Under the pieces are notes generated by a model. That model ran no database searches, was not told the origin of the DNA, and saw only the letters and a list, made by a program, of their open reading frames with translations. From a virus (lineage: Duplodnaviria > Caudoviricetes), in the IMG/VR virus record IMGVR_UViG_3300047313_000026, positions 1 through 43,842 of that record: a stretch of 43,842 bases of DNA, one strand, 5' to 3'. Position 1 is the first letter of the stretch, and each line of letters starts with the position of its first letter. This document shows, piece by piece, positions 9,262-18,173 of this stretch. The position numbers and the translations under genes were made by a program.

Positions 9262-11721
9262 ATGGCCGATCCGGCGCTCTACGGCGACGCCGCCGGCGGG
9301 TTGCCGCCGGATGCGGCCGACCTCGCGTCGTTGCAGTACCCGTGGAGCGTCCCGCCGGCTCTGGCGCTTCAGCCCGGGCTTGGCATCCCAGCCGCCGCGC
9401 TCGGTCCGCCCACGCAAGACGAGCTCGCCGCGCACGCGATGGCCGCGCTGGCCCAGCCGGCGCCGCCCGAGCAGCAGGCCGCGCCGCCACCGGAGTCGCC
9501 GCCGTACGCCGGTCCGCCGCTCTCCGTCGCTGGGCCAGCTGGCCCGCCGGCGTTCGGCCCGCCGGCGCCGACCGTCGCGCAGCTCCCCGACTTCACGGTC
9601 TCGACCGAGCGCCAACCGTCGGAGGCCGAGGCGCTCGCCGGCGACCCGCTGCGCACGCAGCCCGGTGCGCAGGGTCCCATCGGCCAGCTCGCGCCGACGC
9701 AGATCCTCAGCGACGAGGAGGCCGGCCGCGCGATCGCGAACCTGCCGCCCGAGAAACAGGCCGAGGTCCGCGCGAAGCTCGACGCCGCCAAGGCCGAGGA
9801 CTTCGCGACGAAGCTCGTCGAGGCGTCCACGGCCAACCGGGTGCGCGCGCAGGAGGATGCGGACCGCTACCAGAAGGCGACGGAAGCCGCCGCCCAGAAG
9901 GCGGCCGAGCTCGAGCACGACTACAAGGCGCTCGCGGCCACGACGATCGACACGTCGGGGCGCATGGGGACCGGCCAGCGCATCGCCGGCATCCTCGCCG
10001 CGACGATCGGCGGGCTCGTGTCGGGCAGAACTGGCGGCCCCAATCAGGGCATGCTGATGCTGCAGCACACGATCGATCAGGACGTCGAGGCCCAGAAGGC
10101 CGACCTGGCGAATCGCCGCGGCATCCTGGGCGCGCGCCAGGGCGCGGTCAGCGAGATGTTTGCCCGCTCGGGCGACATGTACCGCGCACAGGAGACCGCG
10201 CGCGCGGCCGCGTGGGAGACCACGATCCAGCAGCTGCAGGCCGAGCAGATGAAGTTCGACCCGCGCGGCACGACGTCGATGCGGATCGCCGACACGATCA
10301 CGCAGGCGCGCGGGCTACAGCAGGCCGGGCTTCGCGCCTACGGGCAGCAGCAGTTCAAGAACTACCTTGACCTCTCCAAGGAGAGCCGCGAGGGCCAGCT
10401 GGCGCAGAGCACGATCGGCAAGAACGCATCCGAGGTCACGAAGAACAACGCCGAGTCGGCGAAGCTCTACTCGAAGCTCGGCGGCGGGGGCGGCGGCGGG
10501 CCGGGCGCCGCGGGTACCGGCTACCAGGTCGCGACGGGCTTCTATAACCCGTTCATGCATCCCGACGAGCCGGGCGCCGCGGTCATGGGCAAGCGCCAGA
10601 TCGGCGGCAAGGGCGAGGACGCCAAGGAGCGCAAGGGCGTCCAGGACCAGCTCGATGTCTACGCGGGCGTCAATGACTACTACGGCAAGCTCGCCGACAT
10701 CGGCCGGCGCATTGGCAACGCCAAGTCGCTCGGCGAGTCGATCTGGTCGGCGCGCAAGGGCACGCTCGGCGCCGAGTACGACAACGCGCGCGAGGCGCTC
10801 ATGGTCTACCTGACCAAGCAGCTCGGCGACAAGCTCACGCAGGGCCAGCTCGAGGCGCAGCAGCATCGCATCCCCGAGCGTGCATCCGTGTTCGAGACTC
10901 GCGATCCCGGCAAGCAGATCCAGGACGCCCTCATCGACGCCGATCGCGACTTCGGCCGCTCGATGTCCGTCGTGGGCATCGACGCCGATCCGGTCGTGAA
11001 GATCGCCCAGCGCCAGCGTGCGGTGGTGCAGGCGTCCTCCACGCAGGAGCTCGACGCTGCGCAGGCTGCCGCGGCCGCGCACCCCGAGAACAAGGACGCG
11101 CAGTCGGCGCTCGCGGCCGCCTCGCAGCGCGTGCACGACGAGACCGCCGCCACGCAGAAGCGGCAGCAGGACGTCGCGACGGTGCGCGACCTGCCGCCGC
11201 CGCCCGCGCCGCTGCCCGAGCTCGACGGCCGGCCCGTCGCCGAGGCTGCCGCCGTCAAGGAGGCGAACCGGGCCAACCTTCGGTTCACGCAGCTCCTGCA
11301 GCGGTTCCACACCGCGGCGGGTGACACCTCGTACCGCAAGGGCCTCAAGCCCGGCGAGGTCGCGGCCGCCGACGCAGCGGACACCACGAAGCTCGGCAGC
11401 CTCGCCGGCGAGGTCCTCGACGCCCAGGTACTCGCCGAGCAGCAGCGCACGAAGGCCGCCGGCGAGATCCGCAGGCATGAGATCGCCGATCGCGCCAAGG
11501 CCGCTGGCATTGACCCCGACGAGGCGCTCCGCCGCGCGCGCCTAGGGCTACCGATCGGCGACGAGCAGCCGACGGCGCCGCTGGTGCAGCAGCCGGAACC
11601 GAACCCCCTCGCGCCGAACGCGTCCTATCTGCCCGGCGCCGATCCGTTCGGCCCGCCGGTGAACAGCTCGCAGGCGGTGTTCCCGCCGCCCCGAGCCAAG
11701 CCGAAGAAGAAGGGGCGGTAG
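9262..11721 (+). CDS. Internal virion / DNA ejection protein (819 aa)
   Basis: Large helical Ala/Gln-rich protein with Pro-rich ends, in ejectosome position. Confidence 0.6.
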   Translation: MADPALYGDAAGGLPPDAADLASLQYPWSVPPALALQPGLGIPAAALGPPTQDELAAHAMAALAQPAPPEQQAAPPPESPPYAGPPLSVAGPAGPPAFGPPAPTVAQLPDFTVSTERQPSEAEALAGDPLRTQPGAQGPIGQLAPTQILSDEEAGRAIANLPPEKQAEVRAKLDAAKAEDFATKLVEASTANRVRAQEDADRYQKATEAAAQKAAELEHDYKALAATTIDTSGRMGTGQRIAGILAATIGGLVSGRTGGPNQGMLMLQHTIDQDVEAQKADLANRRGILGARQGAVSEMFARSGDMYRAQETARAAAWETTIQQLQAEQMKFDPRGTTSMRIADTITQARGLQQAGLRAYGQQQFKNYLDLSKESREGQLAQSTIGKNASEVTKNNAESAKLYSKLGGGGGGGPGAAGTGYQVATGFYNPFMHPDEPGAAVMGKRQIGGKGEDAKERKGVQDQLDVYAGVNDYYGKLADIGRRIGNAKSLGESIWSARKGTLGAEYDNAREALMVYLTKQLGDKLTQGQLEAQQHRIPERASVFETRDPGKQIQDALIDADRDFGRSMSVVGIDADPVVKIAQRQRAVVQASSTQELDAAQAAAAAHPENKDAQSALAAASQRVHDETAATQKRQQDVATVRDLPPPPAPLPELDGRPVAEAAAVKEANRANLRFTQLLQRFHTAAGDTSYRKGLKPGEVAAADAADTTKLGSLAGEVLDAQVLAEQQRTKAAGEIRRHEIADRAKAAGIDPDEALRRARLGLPIGDEQPTAPLVQQPEPNPLAPNASYLPGADPFGPPVNSSQAVFPPPRAKPKKKGR

Positions 11722-13983
11722 ATGCCGGGCTACGTCTCGTTGACCAACCGGACGACGGGCAAGGAGGAACTCGTCGACGCGGACCAGGTCCCGGCCGCGG
11801 TCGCCTCGGGCAAGTACCTCGACCCCGGCGCGGTGGCCGTCAACCGCGGGATGGCGCGGTACACGACGCCCGACGTCGCCGCGCGCGAACAGACGGTGGC
11901 GCCCGTCGTCGACCCGGCGCAGGCCGCGCTCCAGCAGGGCCACGACATCCGCGAGCGCGAGAACACTGGCGCGCTGGCGACCGCGAAGGCGGTGGTGGGC
12001 GGTGGCGCGAGCGGCCTCTCGTTCGGCGCCCTCAATCCGTTCGAGGACGCGCAGGAATTCAACCCGATCGCGTCGGGCGTCGGCCAGGTCGCCGGCGCGC
12101 TGGCCCCGGCGTTCGTCGGCGACCTCGGGGGGCTGCTCGGCGCCGGCCGCGAAGCGGCGCTCGCTGACGACGCGCTGACCGCCGAGCGCGCCGCGGCGGG
12201 GCTGCCGTCCAAGGCGCTCTACGCCGGCGAGACCGCGGCCGGCACCGTCGAGGGCGACCTGACGCGCGCGGGCAAGGCGATCACCGCTGGCGCCGAACGC
12301 CCGCCGCCGGTCCGTATCCCGACCGCGGCGCCCATCGGCCCGCCGCTCGAGGAGCTCGACCTGGCCGGACTCAAGACGGCGCGCGAGAGCGAGCTCGACG
12401 CGATCAGGGCGGCGCAGGCGCCGGAGCGCCAGGGGCTGGTCAATGACCTCGCCGCCGCGCGCAAGGCGACCGTGGAGGAGAAGCCGTGGATCGCCACCGC
12501 GAACGGCAAGACGCGCGAGGTGCGCGAGATCGGGAAGCTCACCCTCGACGCCGACAAGCGCATCGACGTGCTGCTCAAGAATCCCGTCGAGCTCGCGGAG
12601 AAGCCCGAGCGCGTGCTGAGCGCGCTGCGGCAGCAGGAGCACGCGCTGTCCAAGTTGCTGAGCTGGGGCGAGACCGAGGTGGGTGACTACCTCGAAGCGC
12701 GCTCGGCCGCGCCCGAGACTATCCGCGCCGAGATCATGGCCGGCAAGGTCAAGGGCTACGTGCCCGACGCGCTCAGCCAGCGTGGCGTCGAGGCGGCCGT
12801 CGAGCGCGTGTTCGCGGAGCGCTACGGCACCGAGATGGCGCTGCCGACCAACCTCAAGGTGCTGAACACCGTGCCCGGCGCGGTCGAGCGCAACAAGGCC
12901 CTGCAGTCCCGCGTGGTCGACCTGATCGCCGAGCCGAGCTCCGACCGGCTGCAGGCGATCGACGCGATGCTCGCCGACCGCGCGGCGCCGCACGAGGCCT
13001 CGTTCGGTGAGAAGGCGCTGCACGCCGTCGCGCCCTACCTGGGGCCGGTCGGCGCGATCGCGGAGAAGGCCTACGCTGGGCTCCGCCGCGTCATCGGCGC
13101 CGGCGCAAAGGCCACCGCGCACGCAGCGAACTCGTTCATCGAGGCAGCCGTCGCCGCGGCGCCGAAGGTCGCACCGACGCTCGGCGTGCTGTCGACCCGC
13201 GCGCTCGCCGGCGTGGCGTTCGCGGCGCCGGCCGCAGCGCTCGCCGCTGGCAGCTCGCCGCCGCCCGTGGCCGGCAAGAAGGCAGGCGCTGGCGTCGGGG
13301 TCCCGGCCAAGGCCGCCGACCTCGAGGCGCTCTACCAGCAGCGCACGGCCGAGATCCGGTCGCAGACGATGTATGGCCCCGGCGGCGTGCCGGTGATGCG
13401 GCCCGAGGCGCGGCAGATGATGGCCGCCCAGCTCGCAGCGATCCGCGCGACGTCGCCGATGCTCGCCGACCGGATCGAGACCGTCGGCGCGCGGCGCATG
13501 GAGTACCTGGCGGGCATCATGCCGCACCTGCCCGACTACGGCGTGATGCAGCTCGGCCCCGATCGCCGCCGCATCCCCGACCTGCAGATGCGCTCGTTCG
13601 CGCGCTCGGTGGCCGCCGTCGAGGATCCGCATGCGGCGCTCGCGCGCGTCGCCGGCGGCAACTTCGTGCCCGAGGACGCCAACGCGATCCGTGCGGTCTA
13701 CCCCGAGCTCCTCGCCGACTTCACGCAGCAGATCGTCGCGAAGCTGCCGACCCTGCAGAAGACGCTGCCCTACAAGCGCCGGCTCGCGCTCTCGATGCTG
13801 ACCGGCGTGCCCGTCGACGTCGCGATGACGCCTGCGGTGCTGCGCGAGATCCAGGGCATGTACGCGGCCGAGCCGGGCACCGCCGGCGGTACGCAGGCGC
13901 CGGTCGCGCAGGCGCAGTTCGGAAGCGTGCAGCGGACCGACCCCGGAACGCCGGCTCAGCGCCGGGAAGGACTGACGACATGA
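11722..13983 (+). CDS. Internal virion / DNA ejection protein (753 aa)
   Basis: GGASGLSFG...NPIASGVGQVAGAL motif typical of large podovirus internal proteins. Confidence 0.65.
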   Translation: MPGYVSLTNRTTGKEELVDADQVPAAVASGKYLDPGAVAVNRGMARYTTPDVAAREQTVAPVVDPAQAALQQGHDIRERENTGALATAKAVVGGGASGLSFGALNPFEDAQEFNPIASGVGQVAGALAPAFVGDLGGLLGAGREAALADDALTAERAAAGLPSKALYAGETAAGTVEGDLTRAGKAITAGAERPPPVRIPTAAPIGPPLEELDLAGLKTARESELDAIRAAQAPERQGLVNDLAAARKATVEEKPWIATANGKTREVREIGKLTLDADKRIDVLLKNPVELAEKPERVLSALRQQEHALSKLLSWGETEVGDYLEARSAAPETIRAEIMAGKVKGYVPDALSQRGVEAAVERVFAERYGTEMALPTNLKVLNTVPGAVERNKALQSRVVDLIAEPSSDRLQAIDAMLADRAAPHEASFGEKALHAVAPYLGPVGAIAEKAYAGLRRVIGAGAKATAHAANSFIEAAVAAAPKVAPTLGVLSTRALAGVAFAAPAAALAAGSSPPPVAGKKAGAGVGVPAKAADLEALYQQRTAEIRSQTMYGPGGVPVMRPEARQMMAAQLAAIRATSPMLADRIETVGARRMEYLAGIMPHLPDYGVMQLGPDRRRIPDLQMRSFARSVAAVEDPHAALARVAGGNFVPEDANAIRAVYPELLADFTQQIVAKLPTLQKTLPYKRRLALSMLTGVPVDVAMTPAVLREIQGMYAAEPGTAGGTQAPVAQAQFGSVQRTDPGTPAQRREGLTT

Positions 13984-14360
13984 GCCAGACCGAGAAACAG
14001 ACCGAGCCGATGTTGTTCAAGGGCTCGATCCCGACGAGCACCACGAAGTACATCGAGCTCCCCATCCGCGAGGTCGGCGGGAACAGGTACCTCGGCGCGC
14101 ACGTCGGGTGGCTCGACGCGACGAGCTCGGCGACGATCACGGTCGAGCTCACCAGCTACCGACACGTCGCGGTGCCCGTCGCCGGTAGCGCGTGGGAGTG
14201 GGTCGACTCCGGGCTCACGTTCACCGGGCCGGCCGCGAGCGCCGCCGGCGGGCTCCTCATCAACATCGAGAACATCCGCCAGGAACGCGCGCGCCTGAAG
14301 ATCGTCACGGCCGCGGTCTCGACGTTCGACATCCGGGACGGCACGCGTGAGCCTGTTTAG
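13980..14360 (+). CDS. Hypothetical beta-rich protein (126 aa), probable tail-fibre partner
   Basis: ATGA-coupled, RBS GAAGGA, codon bias. Confidence 0.6.
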   Translation: MSQTEKQTEPMLFKGSIPTSTTKYIELPIREVGGNRYLGAHVGWLDATSSATITVELTSYRHVAVPVAGSAWEWVDSGLTFTGPAASAAGGLLINIENIRQERARLKIVTAAVSTFDIRDGTREPV

Positions 14361-15969
14361 CGGACTTCGCTCGGGGCTGCGCAGCGGCCTGCAGTCCGGT
14401 CTCAATCCCGGGCTGACGGCCAACTTTCTCGCCATGGGCGTCGGCCAGTCGAACATGCCGGGATTCACCGACTACGCGCGCGCGGGCACGGCGACCGTGG
14501 AGCACTCGGGCACCGGCCAGTCCGCCGGTGACCCCGCGCTCGGCCTCGGCGTGGCGTTCCCCGCGTGCGGCTTCCTGCAGCACTGGCAGGCCGCGGGCAG
14601 CAATCCGCTGAACATGATCGTGGTCGGCCCCAAGTCGCTGCAGAACTACGCAGCCGCCGGGCAGGTGGATAACACGGGGCTCGCGAACGGCCTCGGCCGC
14701 GCGCTCGTGCGATACGGCCTCTACACCGCACCAGCAATCGGCATCTGCGGCGTCGGCTCGACGAGCCTCAATAGCCAATGGGCGAAGTCGAGCGGTTACC
14801 CGGGATCGGGCGAGACGCTCTACAACCACATGATCGCGTTCGGCCGGGCGTTGATGAACGCCTACGGTCGCCCGATCGATTTGCTCATCGACTACTTGAG
14901 CGAGACGGACTCGCAGGCGATCGGCGCGGCGACCGCGCAGGCCGACCGCACGACGTGGTGGGCGAACATCCGCGCCGACCTTGGCCTGCCGAGCCTCAAG
15001 ATCCTCACGATCATCATCAACTCGGAGTGGGACTCGACGCCGTTCACGACGGCGACCTATCAGACCGCGCAGATCGCGGCGGCGGCCGCTGACGGCAACG
15101 CGACCACGATCGACCCGTCGTGCTACCCACTCGACCACTACCCGCACTACCTCGCTGCCGACTACGCCGCGCTCGGCGAGATGATCGCGATCCAGCTCCG
15201 CGACCAGCTCCAGCCCGGCAAGTCCATCAACCTCGGCTCGGGCCCGGCGCCGTGGTTCCAGGGCAGTCACGGCGCGTTCAGCGCCAACAGCGGCACCGGC
15301 GGCAACCTGTGTACCGCGCGGCCGCGCGGCTACGTACACCCCGAGGTCGGCGACATCGAGATCCTGGTAGCGCAGAGCAGCCCGAGCACGGGCACGAACG
15401 TGACGCTCACGACTGCGGCTGGCTTCGCCGCGCTGATCGCTCAGACGCGCTCGATCAACGGCGGCGCCGAGCGCTCGATCACGGTGTGGTCGCGGACGAT
15501 CGACCAGACGATGCTCGATGCGCGCACCGCCGGCGCCGATGGCGTCAAGCGTGGCCCGGTCGCGACGCCGGTGATCGACAACAACCTCAACACGCTCAAC
15601 AACGCGTTCATCTTCTGCGTGCGCGGCAGCTCGGGCATCACGGTGACGCCGGTGACCGGGACCGCCGCGAGCGGGACGACGGTGACGATCCCGACGATCA
15701 CCACGACGAGCAACAACTCGCTCGTGATGTTGATCGGCCTCTGTAACCAGGCGCTCGGCTCGCCGGGCACGCGCTTCGTGAACGCCAACATCCAGGGCAT
15801 CACCGTGCAGCGAGACGGGCAGCAAAACCCCGGCGCAGGCGTCATCAACTACGCAATGGCGACCGGGACCGTGGCGGTCGCCGGCGCGCTCGGCTCGACC
15901 GTGTGCACGTTTGGCAACGGGGCGATCAACAGCGTCAACGTCGGCGCCGCGATCGTGTTCAACCCATGA
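14347..15969 (+). CDS. Virion-associated SGNH / sialate O-acetylesterase-like (SASA) protein
   Basis: GQSNM nucleophile motif, YLSETD block, DHYPH near domain end; N-terminal SGLRSGLRSGLQSGL repeat; beta-rich C-terminal domain. Confidence 0.7.
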   Translation: MSLFSGLRSGLRSGLQSGLNPGLTANFLAMGVGQSNMPGFTDYARAGTATVEHSGTGQSAGDPALGLGVAFPACGFLQHWQAAGSNPLNMIVVGPKSLQNYAAAGQVDNTGLANGLGRALVRYGLYTAPAIGICGVGSTSLNSQWAKSSGYPGSGETLYNHMIAFGRALMNAYGRPIDLLIDYLSETDSQAIGAATAQADRTTWWANIRADLGLPSLKILTIIINSEWDSTPFTTATYQTAQIAAAAADGNATTIDPSCYPLDHYPHYLAADYAALGEMIAIQLRDQLQPGKSINLGSGPAPWFQGSHGAFSANSGTGGNLCTARPRGYVHPEVGDIEILVAQSSPSTGTNVTLTTAAGFAALIAQTRSINGGAERSITVWSRTIDQTMLDARTAGADGVKRGPVATPVIDNNLNTLNNAFIFCVRGSSGITVTPVTGTAASGTTVTIPTITTTSNNSLVMLIGLCNQALGSPGTRFVNANIQGITVQRDGQQNPGAGVINYAMATGTVAVAGALGSTVCTFGNGAINSVNVGAAIVFNP

Positions 15970-16535
15970 GCGCCGACGAGGACGATACCGACCGCTGGCG
16001 CAACCCCAAGCGTGCGCAGACCAGTGACGATCGCGCGCTGGCCTCTCGTCGCGATCGCTCGTTCAAGCCGCGCGGCGTGCCGATCGTCAAGCCCAAGGAT
16101 CCCGACATCACCGATGCGTTCGAGATGCTCGAGCGTGAGCCGGACGACGAGGCGCGGGCCATCGTGCAGCGGTCGCGACGCAACAGCGGCGATCCGGCGA
16201 CGGTCGATGACCTGGCCAAGGTGTTCGTGGCGCTCTACAGGGAGCGCTCGGCGAACGAGCAGCGCAACAAGGACGCCGAGGCCGTGCTGGCGGGCCCGCA
16301 CAAGGCGCAGCGCTCGACCCGCCGCCACCTGATCGCGGCCATTATCGCCGCCGCCACTTCGATCGCAGGTGCGATCACCGGTGCGGCGATGACCCGCCAC
16401 GGCGAGCCGGCCGGCGAGCGCCAGCAGCTGCAGCACGAGATCGACCGGCTCGATACCGAGCTCCGCGAAATCCGCTCCCTGCTCGGGCGTCGCTCCGAGC
16501 TCGGCCCCCAACCGACGAAAGGACCCCGACCATGA
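15966..16535 (+). CDS. Membrane protein of lysis cassette (189 aa, one C-proximal TM segment plus short coiled coil)
   Basis: ATG 15966 overlaps previous stop; LIAAIIAAATSIAGAITGAAM hydrophobic segment. Confidence 0.6.
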   Translation: MSADEDDTDRWRNPKRAQTSDDRALASRRDRSFKPRGVPIVKPKDPDITDAFEMLEREPDDEARAIVQRSRRNSGDPATVDDLAKVFVALYRERSANEQRNKDAEAVLAGPHKAQRSTRRHLIAAIIAAATSIAGAITGAAMTRHGEPAGERQQLQHEIDRLDTELREIRSLLGRRSELGPQPTKGPRP

Positions 16536-17155
16536 CCGACATCGCTCCTCCGACCCCCGTCAAGCCAGGCTGGCAGACCACCGAATTTTGGATGAAGCTC
16601 GCCGCGATCGCGCTCACGGCGCTCTTCGCGAGCGGCATCATCCCGACCACTGGAACGGCGGCGAGCGTCGCCGCTATCGCCGCGACCATGCTGGGTGCGC
16701 TCGGCTACACCGTGAGCCGATCGCTCGTGAAGGCGTCGGGCGCGGCGCTCCTGCTCGTGGTGGCGCTCGCTGGCGGCGCGACGTCGCTGACCGCCTGCGC
16801 GGCCGCGTCGAGCGCTGCGAGCTCGGCCAAGGCCGCCATTGTCGACTGCGTGCACGCGGACCAGGCGCCGATCGAGGCTCTGCTGGTCCAGCTCGGCGCC
16901 GACGCGGTGACGTTCGCGCTCCGCGGCGCCGTCGACTGGTCGGCGCTCGAGGCCGAGGCCGAGACCCAGGGCGTCGTGGTCGGCGGGTGCGCGTTCAGCC
17001 AGTTCGCGCACGGCAAGCCGAGCTCGACGCCAGGCGTCGCGGTCAGCGCGCTGTCGACCCCACCGGCGCCGCCCGATCCGGCGGCAGCGGCGCTCGAGCG
17101 GTTCCGCGCGGCGCACGGCGGGGTGAAGTGGCAGACCGGGGCCGGGGTGCTGTGA
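16532..17155 (+). CDS. Holin-like protein with appended lipoprotein-like domain
   Basis: VKPGWQTTEFW start and GYTVSRSLVK end of a two-TM small holin family; third hydrophobic stretch ends in lipobox LTAC (Cys89); RBS AAAGGA. Confidence 0.7.
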   Translation: MTDIAPPTPVKPGWQTTEFWMKLAAIALTALFASGIIPTTGTAASVAAIAATMLGALGYTVSRSLVKASGAALLLVVALAGGATSLTACAAASSAASSAKAAIVDCVHADQAPIEALLVQLGADAVTFALRGAVDWSALEAEAETQGVVVGGCAFSQFAHGKPSSTPGVAVSALSTPPAPPDPAAAALERFRAAHGGVKWQTGAGVL

Positions 17156-17715
17156 CGCCGGCGCCGCGCCCCTGCTCGCCGATCGCCGCCGTGACGGTCG
17201 CGCGCTCGCTGGTCGGCTCGGGCGTGTACTGGCTCGGGACGGGCGACTTCGACACGCCGGTCGGTGGCAGGAGCGACTGCTTCGGCTTCGCGTTCTGTCG
17301 CTGCTACGGCGTCAAGCGCCACCGGCCGGGCTTCAACGTCGGCGACTGGGCGAGCGTGACCGACGACCTGAACTGCAACAGCGCGATCGAGGACGCCGAC
17401 CACCACCGCGAGCTATTCGTGCGCGTCATCTCGGGCCCGCCGCGGATCGGCGACCTGCTCGCCTACCCGACGTTCCACCTGCCCGGCCACGACAAGCCGT
17501 GGATCGGGCACATCGCGATCGTGGTCGGCGCCGACCGGCTGCTGGAGTGGGACTGGGCGCGGCCGACGTGGAGCTTCCTCGACGTCGCGCAGTGCGCAGG
17601 GCCCGACGGCCGGAGCCCCGGCATCATCGCGAGCTCGGCGCACCATTGGGACGAGCACGACCACGACTGGCCGAAGTTCGAGCACCGGACCGCGCTGCTA
17701 CGCGTCGTGCCGTAG
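17152..17715 (+). CDS. Endolysin, NlpC/P60-CHAP cysteine peptidase (187 aa)
   Basis: GTG overlaps holin stop; YWLG...SDCFGF catalytic Cys, PRIGDLL, GHIAIV catalytic His. Confidence 0.8.
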   Translation: MTPAPRPCSPIAAVTVARSLVGSGVYWLGTGDFDTPVGGRSDCFGFAFCRCYGVKRHRPGFNVGDWASVTDDLNCNSAIEDADHHRELFVRVISGPPRIGDLLAYPTFHLPGHDKPWIGHIAIVVGADRLLEWDWARPTWSFLDVAQCAGPDGRSPGIIASSAHHWDEHDHDWPKFEHRTALLRVVP

Positions 17716-17724
17716 ACTTCGCGG

Positions 17725-18018
17725 GTGCCGTGCTGCCAGCCAGGCGCCCTGTGCGAGCGCTGCTACGGCCGCGAGCTGGCCGTGAAGGGGCGCCAGGCCG
17801 ACGTGGTCGGGCAGTGCTGGGCCGAGCGGACGGCCCGGCGCGCCGAGCACCGCGGCCGCGTCAGCTGGCCGGACGACGAGCGGGCGCTGGCGATCGCCGA
17901 GCGGTTGGTCGCCCAGCTGGCGCCCGACCCGCGGCTCCGCGTCGAGCTCGCCAAGGCCTGCGTCGCCGGCGCCGCGGCGTGGTGGGGGCGCAGGCCGGCA
18001 AGATACCGAGCCCCGTGA
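17725..18018 (+). CDS. Hypothetical protein (97 aa, Cys-rich N-terminus)
   Basis: ORF between endolysin and attP; TAGACT lies 6 nt before GTG (possible leaderless start). Confidence 0.5.
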   Translation: MPCCQPGALCERCYGRELAVKGRQADVVGQCWAERTARRAEHRGRVSWPDDERALAIAERLVAQLAPDPRLRVELAKACVAGAAAWWGRRPARYRAP

Positions 18019-18113
18019 CGTTACCAGGTCAACCACTTGACCGTGCGGGGGAATCGGGCAAGCTGGGAAGCAAGCGCGACCGCAGGTAGCCGGATTGTCT
18101 GATACTTCATGGG

Positions 18114-18166
18114 GCTTGAGGTGCTAGTGGGTAACACCGTGGGGGTTCGAGTCCCCCTTCGCGCAC
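18114..18166 (+). other. attP core: 3' half of tRNA-Leu(GAG)
   Basis: gcTTGAGGTgctag anticodon loop, long variable arm tgggtaacaccgt, T-arm GGGGG-TTCGAGT-CCCCC, acceptor 3' strand TTCGCGC-A; no 5' half; ends 7 bp from the integrase stop. Confidence 0.9.
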
Positions 18167-18173
18167 AACAAAA

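Noticed and set aside
8593-15825. Long minus-strand ORFs (8593-10068, 11548-13632, 14305-15825) and similar ones at 37672-39387 and 41162-42409
   Set aside because: In-register antisense shadows of real genes in high-GC DNA; Arg/Gly-rich with no motifs
18114-18166. Functional phage tRNA-Leu gene
   Set aside because: 5' acceptor strand and D-arm are absent; it is the attP identity segment
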